Of a stretch of DNA of 64,000 nt, positions 9,786 through 17,883 are shown piece after piece; position 1 is the stretch's first letter, and every line of letters begins with the position of its first letter. The notes beneath the pieces are model-generated. The model made no database searches. It was not told where the DNA came from and saw only the letters and a program-made list of their open reading frames with translations. A program made the translations under genes and the position numbers. This DNA comes from a virus: positions 1 to 64,000 of the IMG/VR virus record IMGVR_UViG_3300017987_000063; one strand, given 5' to 3'.

Positions 9786-10673
9786 TTATTTTAGCCAATC
9801 TGCGTCCGATCTACTCGCGTCAATGTGGACGTTTAGCCGTAAAACGCCCCGCGCCTGCCTGCCCTTTGTTCTTTTATCGAAGTCCGCCACGCGCTGGAGA
9901 TTAACAGTAGCCCTGCCTCGCATAACCGGAACCACCTCCATCTCGCGCCTGAATGAATGTTGAAATACGGAATTAACCGCCGTCCGCTGGGTAAACAGAA
10001 TATCGCTCCTCGGCAGCCGTGTTGATAAAACTACCCCCGGTCGCGTCCTTGACTGGGCAGAGCGGGCAAAGTTTACCGCCGCACTGGTGCTTCCGCTCCA
10101 CGATGATGTGGGATTTACCCCCACAGTGGCTCGCAAAGTACCGCCTGCGGGTATCCTGTTTACTGTGTTGCCCAACGAACGCCCACCGATACCCCTGTAA
10201 AGGGTCATGGCTGGAACGCCCTGCCTGCCTAATATGTATTGGGTAAAAGCGTACTGCCTATCAAGCCCCCTAAATGCGGTTTCCCTGTCTATCCTGCCAT
10301 AACCCGGCGCGACCTGTCTTCGGAAGGTATATCCATCGTTGAAGCGACGGATTTCGCGGGCTCCACTAAACCTGCGCGGCTGTCCCTCCTCATTCCTCCG
10401 CGTCCAGATGGTTCCCCTGTAGCCGAACCGGGTAGCCGCCCACTCGTGCATTACATGGCCGCCTTCGATATTTGACGAGGCCGACCATGATTGCTGGATG
10501 CCATCCACCGCCTGCCCTTCTGGAGTATCCCTGAAGTCCTGCCGCCAGCGATTGGTAATGGCCTCAGCCTGCGCCGCGTCAATCTCTCCGGTGCCGTACT
10601 CATCCTCAAGCCGCTTAATTTCGGCTTCAACGGCTCCACCGCCCGCGCCTATTGCTCCACCTCCGCGTCCCAT
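9786..10673 (-). CDS. MGRGG-leader protein with ADP-ribosyltransferase-like C-terminal domain
   Basis: N-terminus MGRGGGAIGAGGG; R-S-E-type motifs TLYRG, SSWS...AVNFA, EMEV. Confidence 0.7.
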   Translation of the reverse strand: MGRGGGAIGAGGGAVEAEIKRLEDEYGTGEIDAAQAEAITNRWRQDFRDTPEGQAVDGIQQSWSASSNIEGGHVMHEWAATRFGYRGTIWTRRNEEGQPRRFSGAREIRRFNDGYTFRRQVAPGYGRIDRETAFRGLDRQYAFTQYILGRQGVPAMTLYRGIGGRSLGNTVNRIPAGGTLRATVGVNPTSSWSGSTSAAVNFARSAQSRTRPGVVLSTRLPRSDILFTQRTAVNSVFQHSFRREMEVVPVMRGRATVNLQRVADFDKRTKGRQARGVLRLNVHIDASRSDADWLK

Positions 10674-10774
10674 GTCACATTACTCTTTCACTATAGCGCA
10701 GTGTGACACGCAATCACTTGCGCTTCTTCTTGTTTTTAGGTTTTGGCCCTGTACGGGAAGCATAAGTCTGTCTT

Positions 10775-11401
10775 TTAAGCTGGTTGCGCCTCTGCCGCTC
10801 GACTGTCTTTTTCTTCTTTTTTCGGCCCATTGATAAGCTCCTTTATCATAAGCGGGGTCTCCTTGCCGGTCGGGGCAACCGATATAACCCACGTTACGAA
10901 CTCCGGAAGCGGGGTCTTCTTTATGTCTTCCATTGTCTTAAAACAGTAATCCCCGCTCATGCGGTCGTTCTGACATACCCACCATGCTGGCCAGCCTTTA
11001 AAGGGTAACTTACCGCCCCATGCTTGCCTTATTTCCTCCGCCCATTCCGGCGTTATTTCCTCACAGTCCAACATCTCCAGCATAAAGCCCAGTTTCCACT
11101 TATATTCATGGTCTTCAATACCCCATTTTACCCTGTGAAAAACTGCGGAAATAAGGGCATTACCTGTAGCCTCGTCCGATATAGCATCATGAAGCATCTC
11201 TGCGCTTATTTCCATCTGTGTGCATACTGTTACAGGGGCAAGCACGCCGGGCACTTCCCATTTTTTAAAACCGGCGATCACGGCTCTTTGATAACCCGCG
11301 CCAAATAGGTATTCAAACTCCAGCCCCGCCTCCTTGAACTCGGCTTTTATGGTCTGGAGCAGTCTATGCTTTGCGCCCGCCGAACTTGAAAGAGCCGCCA
11401 C
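10775..11401 (-). CDS. Hypothetical protein
   Basis: 208-aa ORF on coding strand. Confidence 0.6.
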   Translation of the reverse strand: MAALSSSAGAKHRLLQTIKAEFKEAGLEFEYLFGAGYQRAVIAGFKKWEVPGVLAPVTVCTQMEISAEMLHDAISDEATGNALISAVFHRVKWGIEDHEYKWKLGFMLEMLDCEEITPEWAEEIRQAWGGKLPFKGWPAWWVCQNDRMSGDYCFKTMEDIKKTPLPEFVTWVISVAPTGKETPLMIKELINGPKKEEKDSRAAEAQPA

Positions 11402-11702
11402 TGACTCCTCCTTTTTCCACCTTTATGCCTGTAGCCGCATGCTGTTGGCCTTTGATACCAATCGCCCGCCGCTTGGCATCTTGTAAGCTCTGCTCCTTCT
11501 CCAGCGATTTCTTGACCTTAAAATCCAAGTGCCCGCGCTTGTGCCGAACGAAGTCCTCAATGCTCATGTGGTACGGGGGAGCGTTGACCTTGATATGCAT
11601 CTCCTCTCCGCACTTAGGACATAACCGTCGCTCGGTGCGTTTACAGAGAACGTCCATCTCCAGATGCTCGCACTTCGGGCACAGATAATCGTTAAGCTGC
11701 AT
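11364..11702 (-). CDS. Zinc-ribbon protein (FmdB-like)
   Basis: DYLCPKCEH ... CPKCG. Confidence 0.7.
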   Translation of the reverse strand: MQLNDYLCPKCEHLEMDVLCKRTERRLCPKCGEEMHIKVNAPPYHMSIEDFVRHKRGHLDFKVKKSLEKEQSLQDAKRRAIGIKGQQHAATGIKVEKGGVSGGSFKFGGRKA

Positions 11703-11710
11703 AAAACCCC

Positions 11711-12334
11711 CTAATCAAAAGTTGGCCCGTAGACACGCCGCAGAGGGCTGCCAGCCGGTAATGCCCTGCCGACATCGCCTCCCATGCCGTAGCCCAGCCC
11801 CGGCCCGCTTCTGGCAATGTTTCCAGCCGTTGTGGTTCGGGGCATCCTACCCCTGTAAAGCACATACCGCGCCCGTGGTGCCCTTGTACCGGGAACTCCA
11901 GTGTTAAACATATCCGCATTTCCGCTTCCCGGTGTTCTGTCAAGGTTGCTCAAGGCTATGCCATTAAACCTCAAGGCCGTGCCCTGCCCTCCGGCTCCAA
12001 ACGTTCCTCCCCCTTGAGATGTAAGCCTTAGCTCTCCGCCCTGTCGTGCCACAACCCCATGCGCCGCAATGTGGATATTGCCTCCAATATCGCCCCTGCT
12101 AGGCTCCCAGTCGTTAAACCGGACAACCTCCATCGCCGTATAACGATTTCCACGCTCTCCTGCCCGCTGCTGGATTAAAGTGTACGGGGTATTGGGCTCC
12201 ATTCGCCGGGTCAACATCTCGGACATCGCAGCGGCATCATACTCGCCAAGCGGAATGACCTCTGCAGATGCCGGTAAAGCTCCAGAGAGACCGGCTATGC
12301 CGCCACCCCCACCTGCTGCTCCGCCTCTGCCCAT
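11711..12334 (-). CDS. MGRGG-leader protein, unknown domain
   Basis: MGRGGAAGGGGG; AGGAG RBS; no Lys or Cys in 207 aa. Confidence 0.8.
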   Translation of the reverse strand: MGRGGAAGGGGGIAGLSGALPASAEVIPLGEYDAAAMSEMLTRRMEPNTPYTLIQQRAGERGNRYTAMEVVRFNDWEPSRGDIGGNIHIAAHGVVARQGGELRLTSQGGGTFGAGGQGTALRFNGIALSNLDRTPGSGNADMFNTGVPGTRAPRARYVLYRGRMPRTTTAGNIARSGPGLGYGMGGDVGRALPAGSPLRRVYGPTFD

Positions 12335-12335
12335 T

Positions 12336-12683
12336 TTACTCCTCCTTCTTGCTCTTGCGCTGTCCCAGTCTTACCCGCGTTATATTCGCTCCTACCCGAT
12401 CCAGTTGGGCAGGCCCGATGCGGATAAACTGGCGGGTCGTAGGATTTGATAACACAACATCCCTGCCCGGCCCGCGAATCGCCCGCGCATTGTTGAATGT
12501 TCGCTCGTTTATCGTAAGGCTGCCCGCGCCCTGATTGCCCCGAACCACCACCTGTCCCTGATTGTTGATAGCCGTGCTGGTCATGTTTCCAATAGGAACC
12601 CCCAATGCCCGCGCCAGATTTTCAGCGGTTCCGGCTCCAGACACCGAGTTTCCCGCTCCTGCTCCACCACCTCCGCGTCCCAT
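12336..12683 (-). CDS. MGRGG-leader protein (115 aa; start corrected to 12683)
   Basis: MGRGGGGAGAG with AAGGAG RBS directly after the upstream stop. Confidence 0.8.
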   Translation of the reverse strand: MGRGGGGAGAGNSVSGAGTAENLARALGVPIGNMTSTAINNQGQVVVRGNQGAGSLTINERTFNNARAIRGPGRDVVLSNPTTRQFIRIGPAQLDRVGANITRVRLGQRKSKKEE

Positions 12684-12684
12684 A

Positions 12685-12948
12685 TTACTTCTCCTTCCTG
12701 AAAGTAGTGATTCCCGCTGTCGTAGCCCTGCGGACATCCGCCCGCCGTGGCTGCGGAAATTTATCTATGATAACCCGATCCTCTATTGACCGGGTATCCT
12801 TGATATTGCTCACGCTGTTCATTAACCTTCTATCTTCCGCCGATATATCAGGGTCGTTTAATATGCCCTCAATATCGGCCTGCAAATCTGACAACGTAGC
12901 TTCTATCGCGGGGCCTCCGCCCCCTGCTCTGCCTCCGCCTCGTCCCAT
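12685..12948 (-). CDS. MGRGG-leader protein (87 aa)
   Basis: MGRGGGRAGGGG; preceded by a promoter. Confidence 0.8.
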   Translation of the reverse strand: MGRGGGRAGGGGPAIEATLSDLQADIEGILNDPDISAEDRRLMNSVSNIKDTRSIEDRVIIDKFPQPRRADVRRATTAGITTFRKEK

Positions 12949-12965
12949 TCCGCCTCTCTTTAACT

Positions 12966-12994
12966 ATTATAATAGCTTTTATTTCACTTGTCAA
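12966..12994 (-). promoter_or_regulatory. Consensus promoter upstream of three MGRGG genes
   Basis: TTGACA-17 bp-TATAAT overlapping the end of the ParB-like gene. Confidence 0.8.
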
Positions 12995-13733
12995 GCGTAG
13001 CCAGCCACTCCCGTGCCGCCGGCTCCAGTAACTCGTGCATTTGCTTGTTATTATCCCTGCAATAATCCGCAAGGTCGTCCATAACGTCCTTGAAAGACGA
13101 GGACATTTGCACCCAGTAATGCGGCCTGCCGTTAAGGGTCAACACGATAAAACTGTGCTGCAGGTCGCTGCCATGCTTCGTCAAGGTCTGCTGTATGACT
13201 CGCCCCAAGTCTTTCACACTCTCCACGCCCTGCGCCGCCTCTCCGAATCTTTTACCGGTCTCGCCGGGGAGCCCGCGCTGGATTTTACCGACAAGACTCT
13301 GAAGGGCCTCCATCTTGCTGAATCCCATAAGCCCTTTTAAAGCCTCATCGGAATACTTCTGCGCCATCTCCTTGTATAAGGCCATAAATTTGGTCTTGTT
13401 TAGCCTGCCCTTGACGATATTAAGCTGCATATTGACGAATTTCTGTCTGTCTTCGTCGAATTCCTTCGGGTCAAGCACCACACAGGGAAGAGTTTCCCAG
13501 CCTAAAGCCCGCGCCGCTTTCCATCTATGCTCCCCTCCAACTATCTGGTACTTGGCGGGCTCCTCAAGCCCCTCTTTCGGAAGCACCTGTATAGGGTCAA
13601 TCATCCCTATCTCATCCAGCTTTTCGGCGAGAATGTTAAACTCCTCCTCGTCCATCTGATTGGGGTTCCATGGAGCGGGCAGAATTTCTCCTATCGGAAT
13701 ATCCTGCACTGTGCCGCGAAGTTTACCTGACAT
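12984..13733 (-). CDS. ParB/Srx N-terminal domain protein
   Basis: PAPWNPNQMD, GMIDPIQV, YQIVGGEHRWKAA. Confidence 0.88.
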   Translation of the reverse strand: MSGKLRGTVQDIPIGEILPAPWNPNQMDEEEFNILAEKLDEIGMIDPIQVLPKEGLEEPAKYQIVGGEHRWKAARALGWETLPCVVLDPKEFDEDRQKFVNMQLNIVKGRLNKTKFMALYKEMAQKYSDEALKGLMGFSKMEALQSLVGKIQRGLPGETGKRFGEAAQGVESVKDLGRVIQQTLTKHGSDLQHSFIVLTLNGRPHYWVQMSSSFKDVMDDLADYCRDNNKQMHELLEPAAREWLATLDK

Positions 13734-13752
13734 CTTTTACTCCTTTCATCCG

Positions 13753-14124
13753 TTAATCGCCGCGCCGCTGCGGGCCTCCACCGGTTGTTCTAGGAGGCAA
13801 GTAACTAAGTCTTCCGCTTATGGTAATCAAACCGCCTCCCGGTGTCCTGTTCACTGTCTGTCGAGTATCGGTAAAGCCTATGCCGGAAGCCCGTAACGAC
13901 CCGCGAATCGCCCTGTTAAGGTCTGTCGCATCGGCTCTTGTAGCTACCTCAAGATTCCCAGTCTGAAAAATTGCCCTATTCCCGACCATGCGCATCGAAT
14001 TTACTGGAAGATTCTGTGTAGACTCTGCCAGTCTGCGGGGGGTTATTGCAAGATTCGGAAATAATGGCTGGCCTTCAATAACTCCACCCGCTCCACCACC
14101 TCCTGCTGTGCCTCCTCTACCCAT
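13753..14124 (-). CDS. MGRGG-leader protein (123 aa)
   Basis: MGRGGTAGGGGAGG; AGGAGG RBS; no Lys or Cys. Confidence 0.8.
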   Translation of the reverse strand: MGRGGTAGGGGAGGVIEGQPLFPNLAITPRRLAESTQNLPVNSMRMVGNRAIFQTGNLEVATRADATDLNRAIRGSLRASGIGFTDTRQTVNRTPGGGLITISGRLSYLPPRTTGGGPQRRGD

Positions 14125-14125
14125 C

Positions 14126-14530
14126 TTATTCCTCCTTCATGACGCGCTTTAAGCTGCCGCCGTATTCCCTGAAACCATCCCGCGCCGCGTTCATCTCCGA
14201 CCGCGCCGCATTAAAATTACCCGCACGAAATTCAGCAGATGCCCGCCCAAATCTGGCCGCGCCTTGCGTATATGCCCTCGGCTGCCACAAACCTCCTATC
14301 GGTGGCCTCTCGTTGCGACGGAGCGTGTTGAGCGTGCGCCGCTCCAGTTGCGCCGCTGTTCTTGCCCGCCTTGCCATTTCCGTATTGTTGCCTGCTGGTA
14401 TCGGCCTTGCCAGTTCCGCAGCCGCGTTCTGAAGCAGGTTCGTTTCGTTTGCTAATTGTTCGTCCCAGTTTCGGGCAGTGAATGTAACTCCACCGCCCGC
14501 TCCACCTCCTGCTGCTCCGCCGCGTCCCAT
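14126..14530 (-). CDS. MGRGG-leader protein (134 aa, helical)
   Basis: MGRGGAAGGGAGGG; AGGAG RBS. Confidence 0.8.
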   Translation of the reverse strand: MGRGGAAGGGAGGGVTFTARNWDEQLANETNLLQNAAAELARPIPAGNNTEMARRARTAAQLERRTLNTLRRNERPPIGGLWQPRAYTQGAARFGRASAEFRAGNFNAARSEMNAARDGFREYGGSLKRVMKEE

Positions 14531-14539
14531 TATTGTCTC

Positions 14540-14692
14540 CTATTTGGCTCTTTTTGCCTGTCTGTGCTCGCGCTTTCGTTCTTCCTTAGCCTGTCGTGCC
14601 TTTTTTCGCTGTTTAGCCCTGTCCTCTTGCCGATACCGGACTCTCGAAGGCTTATTTTTCTTTGAACGCTTACCTTTTTTAGCCTTCCCCAT
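14540..14692 (-). CDS. 50-aa highly basic peptide (not in ORF track)
   Basis: MGKAKKGKRSKKNKPSRVRYRQEDRAKQRKKARQAKEERKREHRQAKRAK; 25 of 50 residues K/R; fills the gap between neighbouring genes. Confidence 0.65.
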   Translation of the reverse strand: MGKAKKGKRSKKNKPSRVRYRQEDRAKQRKKARQAKEERKREHRQAKRAK

Positions 14693-14873
14693 CGGTCTTA
14701 TCCTCTATCGGCCTGCCCTTTATTCTATTCCAAATCGAGCTTGGAATACCGAATATCTTTTTAGCCCTGCTCTTTTCAATCCGGTTTGCCTCTCGAATAT
14801 TCTCGATATACTCCTCGGCGTGCTCCACCACCGCCTTCTCGACATCATCCGTCAACTTATCCGCATACTTCAT
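14679..14873 (-). CDS. Hypothetical protein
   Basis: ATGA overlap with upstream gene. Confidence 0.6.
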   Translation of the reverse strand: MKYADKLTDDVEKAVVEHAEEYIENIREANRIEKSRAKKIFGIPSSIWNRIKGRPIEDKTDGEG

Positions 14874-15418
14874 GGTCTTACTTCCTCCTCGCGGCCATTG
14901 CCCGCGCCGCCATGCTGCATAATCAGGTCTGCCGCCCGCTCGCTGAAGCCGAATCCTACCAGTAAATCCCTATCTCCCTTGCGTTTTTCCGCCGGTACAT
15001 CCCGCACCCGCTGCTTCATGGCTATTATAGCCGCCCGCACGGACTCGGACACTAGTCCGCGATCCCGCAGGTCACCGCCATCCTTGTAAATCCGGCCAAG
15101 TAAGCGGAACTCCCTGCGAAGTGCGGGCTCCTCATCGCCTCCCTGTACCCCATGAATGGCCTCATGAATAGCCGAAGATGCCCACAGAACCGCGCTGTCC
15201 TTTATCGTGTTTGGATTTAAGGCAATAACCTTAGATTTAAGGTAGGAGCTTCCGAACAAACCGGGACGCTTCTCCTCTTCCACGCGCCGCAGGCCGCCCA
15301 TCAGCCTGACATCGCTGCCGTCCAAGAACCTCCAGCCGGATTTCAGGCCGCGATCAATCCGCTCCGTCTCAACCTGCCTGCGCCTGCGCCACTGCATGTA
15401 ATTTTGCTGCGTCGCCAT
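14870..15418 (-). CDS. Putative zincin metallopeptidase (182 aa; start MATQQ)
   Basis: SSAIHEAIHG...DEE (HExxH plus downstream Glu); GGAG RBS before ATG 15418. Confidence 0.6.
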   Translation of the reverse strand: MATQQNYMQWRRRRQVETERIDRGLKSGWRFLDGSDVRLMGGLRRVEEEKRPGLFGSSYLKSKVIALNPNTIKDSAVLWASSAIHEAIHGVQGGDEEPALRREFRLLGRIYKDGGDLRDRGLVSESVRAAIIAMKQRVRDVPAEKRKGDRDLLVGFGFSERAADLIMQHGGAGNGREEEVRP

Positions 15419-16478
15419 ATCGCTCTCCCTTTTCCTCGATAATAGTATCATAAGCCGACTGCAAATACTCGGCATTATCCACAAATAAATCCGGAATAGT
15501 GTTACCATGACTCCAGCCGCGATCCCCGTAACAATGCCGGTGAAATTCCGCATACCGGTAAGCCTGCGCGTCCACAAAAGTTGCGTTCTGGCAAACCTCC
15601 AAGAGCCTCCTCATTCGCTTTGGGCCGCTCGCGCCGAAAAACACCATCCGCACGGGATACCCAACCCTGTCGAAAAACCGCTCCAACAACTTCACCTCGC
15701 GCTCCAGTTGCTTTTCGTTCATGCGCCGGACTGTCTGCATGTTAAGAGAGACCACCGGGACGTTATTACCTCGCACCCAATCCGCGCACCTGTCCACATC
15801 TATCAACCGCACCCAGCCCACGTCCGGCACCACGTTTACCCCGCGCTGCTGCAGTTTTTCAAGGCTTTGGAAGCATCTTTTTAGATTAACAAGGCGGTCA
15901 AGAGGCGGATAATTATCATACATGCTGAAATTTATGGCAAATACGAAGTCAACTCCCTGATACCACGCAATTTTATCGTAAACCGCCTCAATATTCTCCA
16001 GCCACATATCCAGCACCCTGTCCTTCGTAGCAAAGTTCAGGCAAAGTTTGCTCTCCGCCGGTATGTTAAAGCGGGCTTTCAGGTCGCGCTCCCTGCCCCA
16101 TGACTGGTAACGCCAATAAAAAATGTGCTTGAGGGCGATGGTGTAGATAGGTTGATAAAGGTTATATGCGGTTCCATTAAGCTGCCAGATGAAAGGAGGC
16201 CAATCCTGCGGGCTTTCAGCGAAGCTCCACGGAGCCCATCGTTCGGTAAGGCGTAACGTGCCCAAGCCCTCCAGAACCTTATCCTTGTCGGGCCTGTCGC
16301 AGCACACGGCGCGACAATGATCACACTGACCGGTACACCACCGCGCATCGTCTTCAGGCCGCCAGCCGCCGCATATAGGGCGAATTTTACATGATAGGCA
16401 TCGAGCCGTTTTTTCAAGCTCTGCCGTAGAGAAGAAGTGCCTCTTATGCTTAGGCACCTTTGAAATATCAAAGCCCAT
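15369..16478 (-). CDS. DUF4417-like protein with Cys-rich N-terminal metal-binding region
   Basis: NFSMYDNYP...NLKR...LQQRGVNVVPDVGW matches my recollection of the DUF4417 core; N-terminal CxxC-x5-C and CxxxCxxCxxxCC. Confidence 0.65.
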   Translation of the reverse strand: MGFDISKVPKHKRHFFSTAELEKTARCLSCKIRPICGGWRPEDDARWCTGQCDHCRAVCCDRPDKDKVLEGLGTLRLTERWAPWSFAESPQDWPPFIWQLNGTAYNLYQPIYTIALKHIFYWRYQSWGRERDLKARFNIPAESKLCLNFATKDRVLDMWLENIEAVYDKIAWYQGVDFVFAINFSMYDNYPPLDRLVNLKRCFQSLEKLQQRGVNVVPDVGWVRLIDVDRCADWVRGNNVPVVSLNMQTVRRMNEKQLEREVKLLERFFDRVGYPVRMVFFGASGPKRMRRLLEVCQNATFVDAQAYRYAEFHRHCYGDRGWSHGNTIPDLFVDNAEYLQSAYDTIIEEKGERYGDAAKLHAVAQAQAG

Positions 16479-16496
16479 CGGTGTGCCTTAACGGAT

Positions 16497-16525
16497 AATA
16501 TGACATACTTTGCGGGATGTGTCAA
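16497..16525 (-). promoter_or_regulatory. Promoter for the DUF4417 operon
   Basis: TTGACA-17 bp-CATATT with TG extension. Confidence 0.55.
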
Positions 16526-16655
16526 TAGGAAAAATTTAGGCTCGCTGCATATTGTCTCCGCCATTGAACGTCTACTCCCCCTTGTGGGACACCGGCAGGC
16601 ATCGGGCCGCCCTTTCAAAGGGTAGCCCTAGCCACCGGTTTGTTTCGAGGCTTTT

Positions 16656-16728
16656 TGACAGGCAGAGGGAGTCGAACCCCCATCTTCGGCCCTCATAGCC
16701 GATGTCCTACCATTAGACGATACCTTCA
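16656..16728 (-). tRNA. Degenerate tRNA-like gene (loop TATGAGG)
   Basis: D arm GTCTAATGGTAGGAC, anticodon stem TCGGC/GCCGA, T arm GGGGGTTCGACTCCCTC; imperfect acceptor stem, no U33. Confidence 0.6.
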
Positions 16729-16763
16729 GCCCTGCTCAATGGCAGACAATATATAGCGAACCT

Positions 16764-17354
16764 TCAATCGCTCCTTAAATTTTCATCAGGGTCTTCGTCC
16801 ATATCTTCCTCAAAATCAGCCGCGTCCTTGACGTTGACCCACATGGTACTATCGCTCTCCGGATAATGCAAGTAAAACCATATCAAGCCCTCACTGTGGC
16901 ATGCCACCCGTATCCTGCCGGGGGTTTCCTCCTGTACCCGAACCTCAGTAAAGCTGCCGGGATATTCGGTATACTTTTCGCCATTCTGGAGCGTTGTCTT
17001 GCAGAAGGTATCCCACATGCCCTGTATTTTGTGCCCTAAAAACTCCATAAGGCCGATGGTCTTATCGCCTTCATGCATGTTTTTAAGCCATAAATCCAGC
17101 GCGATTTTCGAGAAGGTGTCCACCGCGCCATCGTTCAGCTTAACCTCGGCTCCCGCGCTCGGAGCGATTCCGAGCGTTTTAAAATGCTCCCGTATGGCCG
17201 GTTCATAATACTCGAATTTCTGCCGGAGCATCCACTGGAGATATTGTATCTCGTCCGCCTCGGTCATGCTGGATATTTTCCGGCCTTTATACTTGCCGAA
17301 TGTCAGTTCCTTTTCGGTACTGCTGCTCTTTTTACTCACTGCGCTCAAATCCAT
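16764..17354 (-). CDS. Protein with DUF3820-like FGKYKG module
   Basis: LTFGKYKGRKI...YLQWM. Confidence 0.6.
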   Translation of the reverse strand: MDLSAVSKKSSSTEKELTFGKYKGRKISSMTEADEIQYLQWMLRQKFEYYEPAIREHFKTLGIAPSAGAEVKLNDGAVDTFSKIALDLWLKNMHEGDKTIGLMEFLGHKIQGMWDTFCKTTLQNGEKYTEYPGSFTEVRVQEETPGRIRVACHSEGLIWFYLHYPESDSTMWVNVKDAADFEEDMDEDPDENLRSD

Positions 17355-17370
17355 GCTCTATTACGCGCAA

Positions 17371-17883
17371 TCACTTGCGTCTTATTGTCGGAGGAGGATC
17401 GTACCCCGCATCCCCGCTATTTTCAAGGCTCTGCTCGCCATCGGAAACTCCATCAGCATCTTCGATCACTTGACAATCCGTTACGCTGCCAGACTCTACT
17501 GCATCTCCCATCATGCCATCCTTGTATTGGCTGCCTTCCGGCAGTGGGTTCTCGTGGCCACCGGGCTCGCCCTTTATGTCCAGATATACCTTCGTTCCCC
17601 ACACCCTCAGCTTCTCATTATACTCACGCCGCTCCTGTTCTGTCTGGTCTATTTTTACGGATGCCGGATGCTGTACCGGCATAGACTCCCCTATGGCGGT
17701 CTCTATCGCGTCCAGTATAATGTTCGCGCAAGCCTCACACCACTGCCGCTTAACTCCCGCATAGGCATGAGGCCGCTCGGCTATAATGTAAAGGCGATAC
17801 CACCCTACCTTCAAGGGTCTATCGCCTTTACTAAACTCCGCACCGCACCGCTGGCATCTTAGGTATTCGGGTTCGTATGGCAT
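17371..17883 (-). CDS. Hypothetical Zn-finger protein
   Basis: CQRC ... CEAC. Confidence 0.55.
   Translation of the reverse strand: MPYEPEYLRCQRCGAEFSKGDRPLKVGWYRLYIIAERPHAYAGVKRQWCEACANIILDAIETAIGESMPVQHPASVKIDQTEQERREYNEKLRVWGTKVYLDIKGEPGGHENPLPEGSQYKDGMMGDAVESGSVTDCQVIEDADGVSDGEQSLENSGDAGYDPPPTIRRK

Noticed and set aside
9786-14530. MGRGG starts as a DNA repeat, diversity-generating retroelement or recombination cassette
   Set aside because: Codons vary synonymously and no reverse transcriptase or site-specific recombinase is visible in the window.
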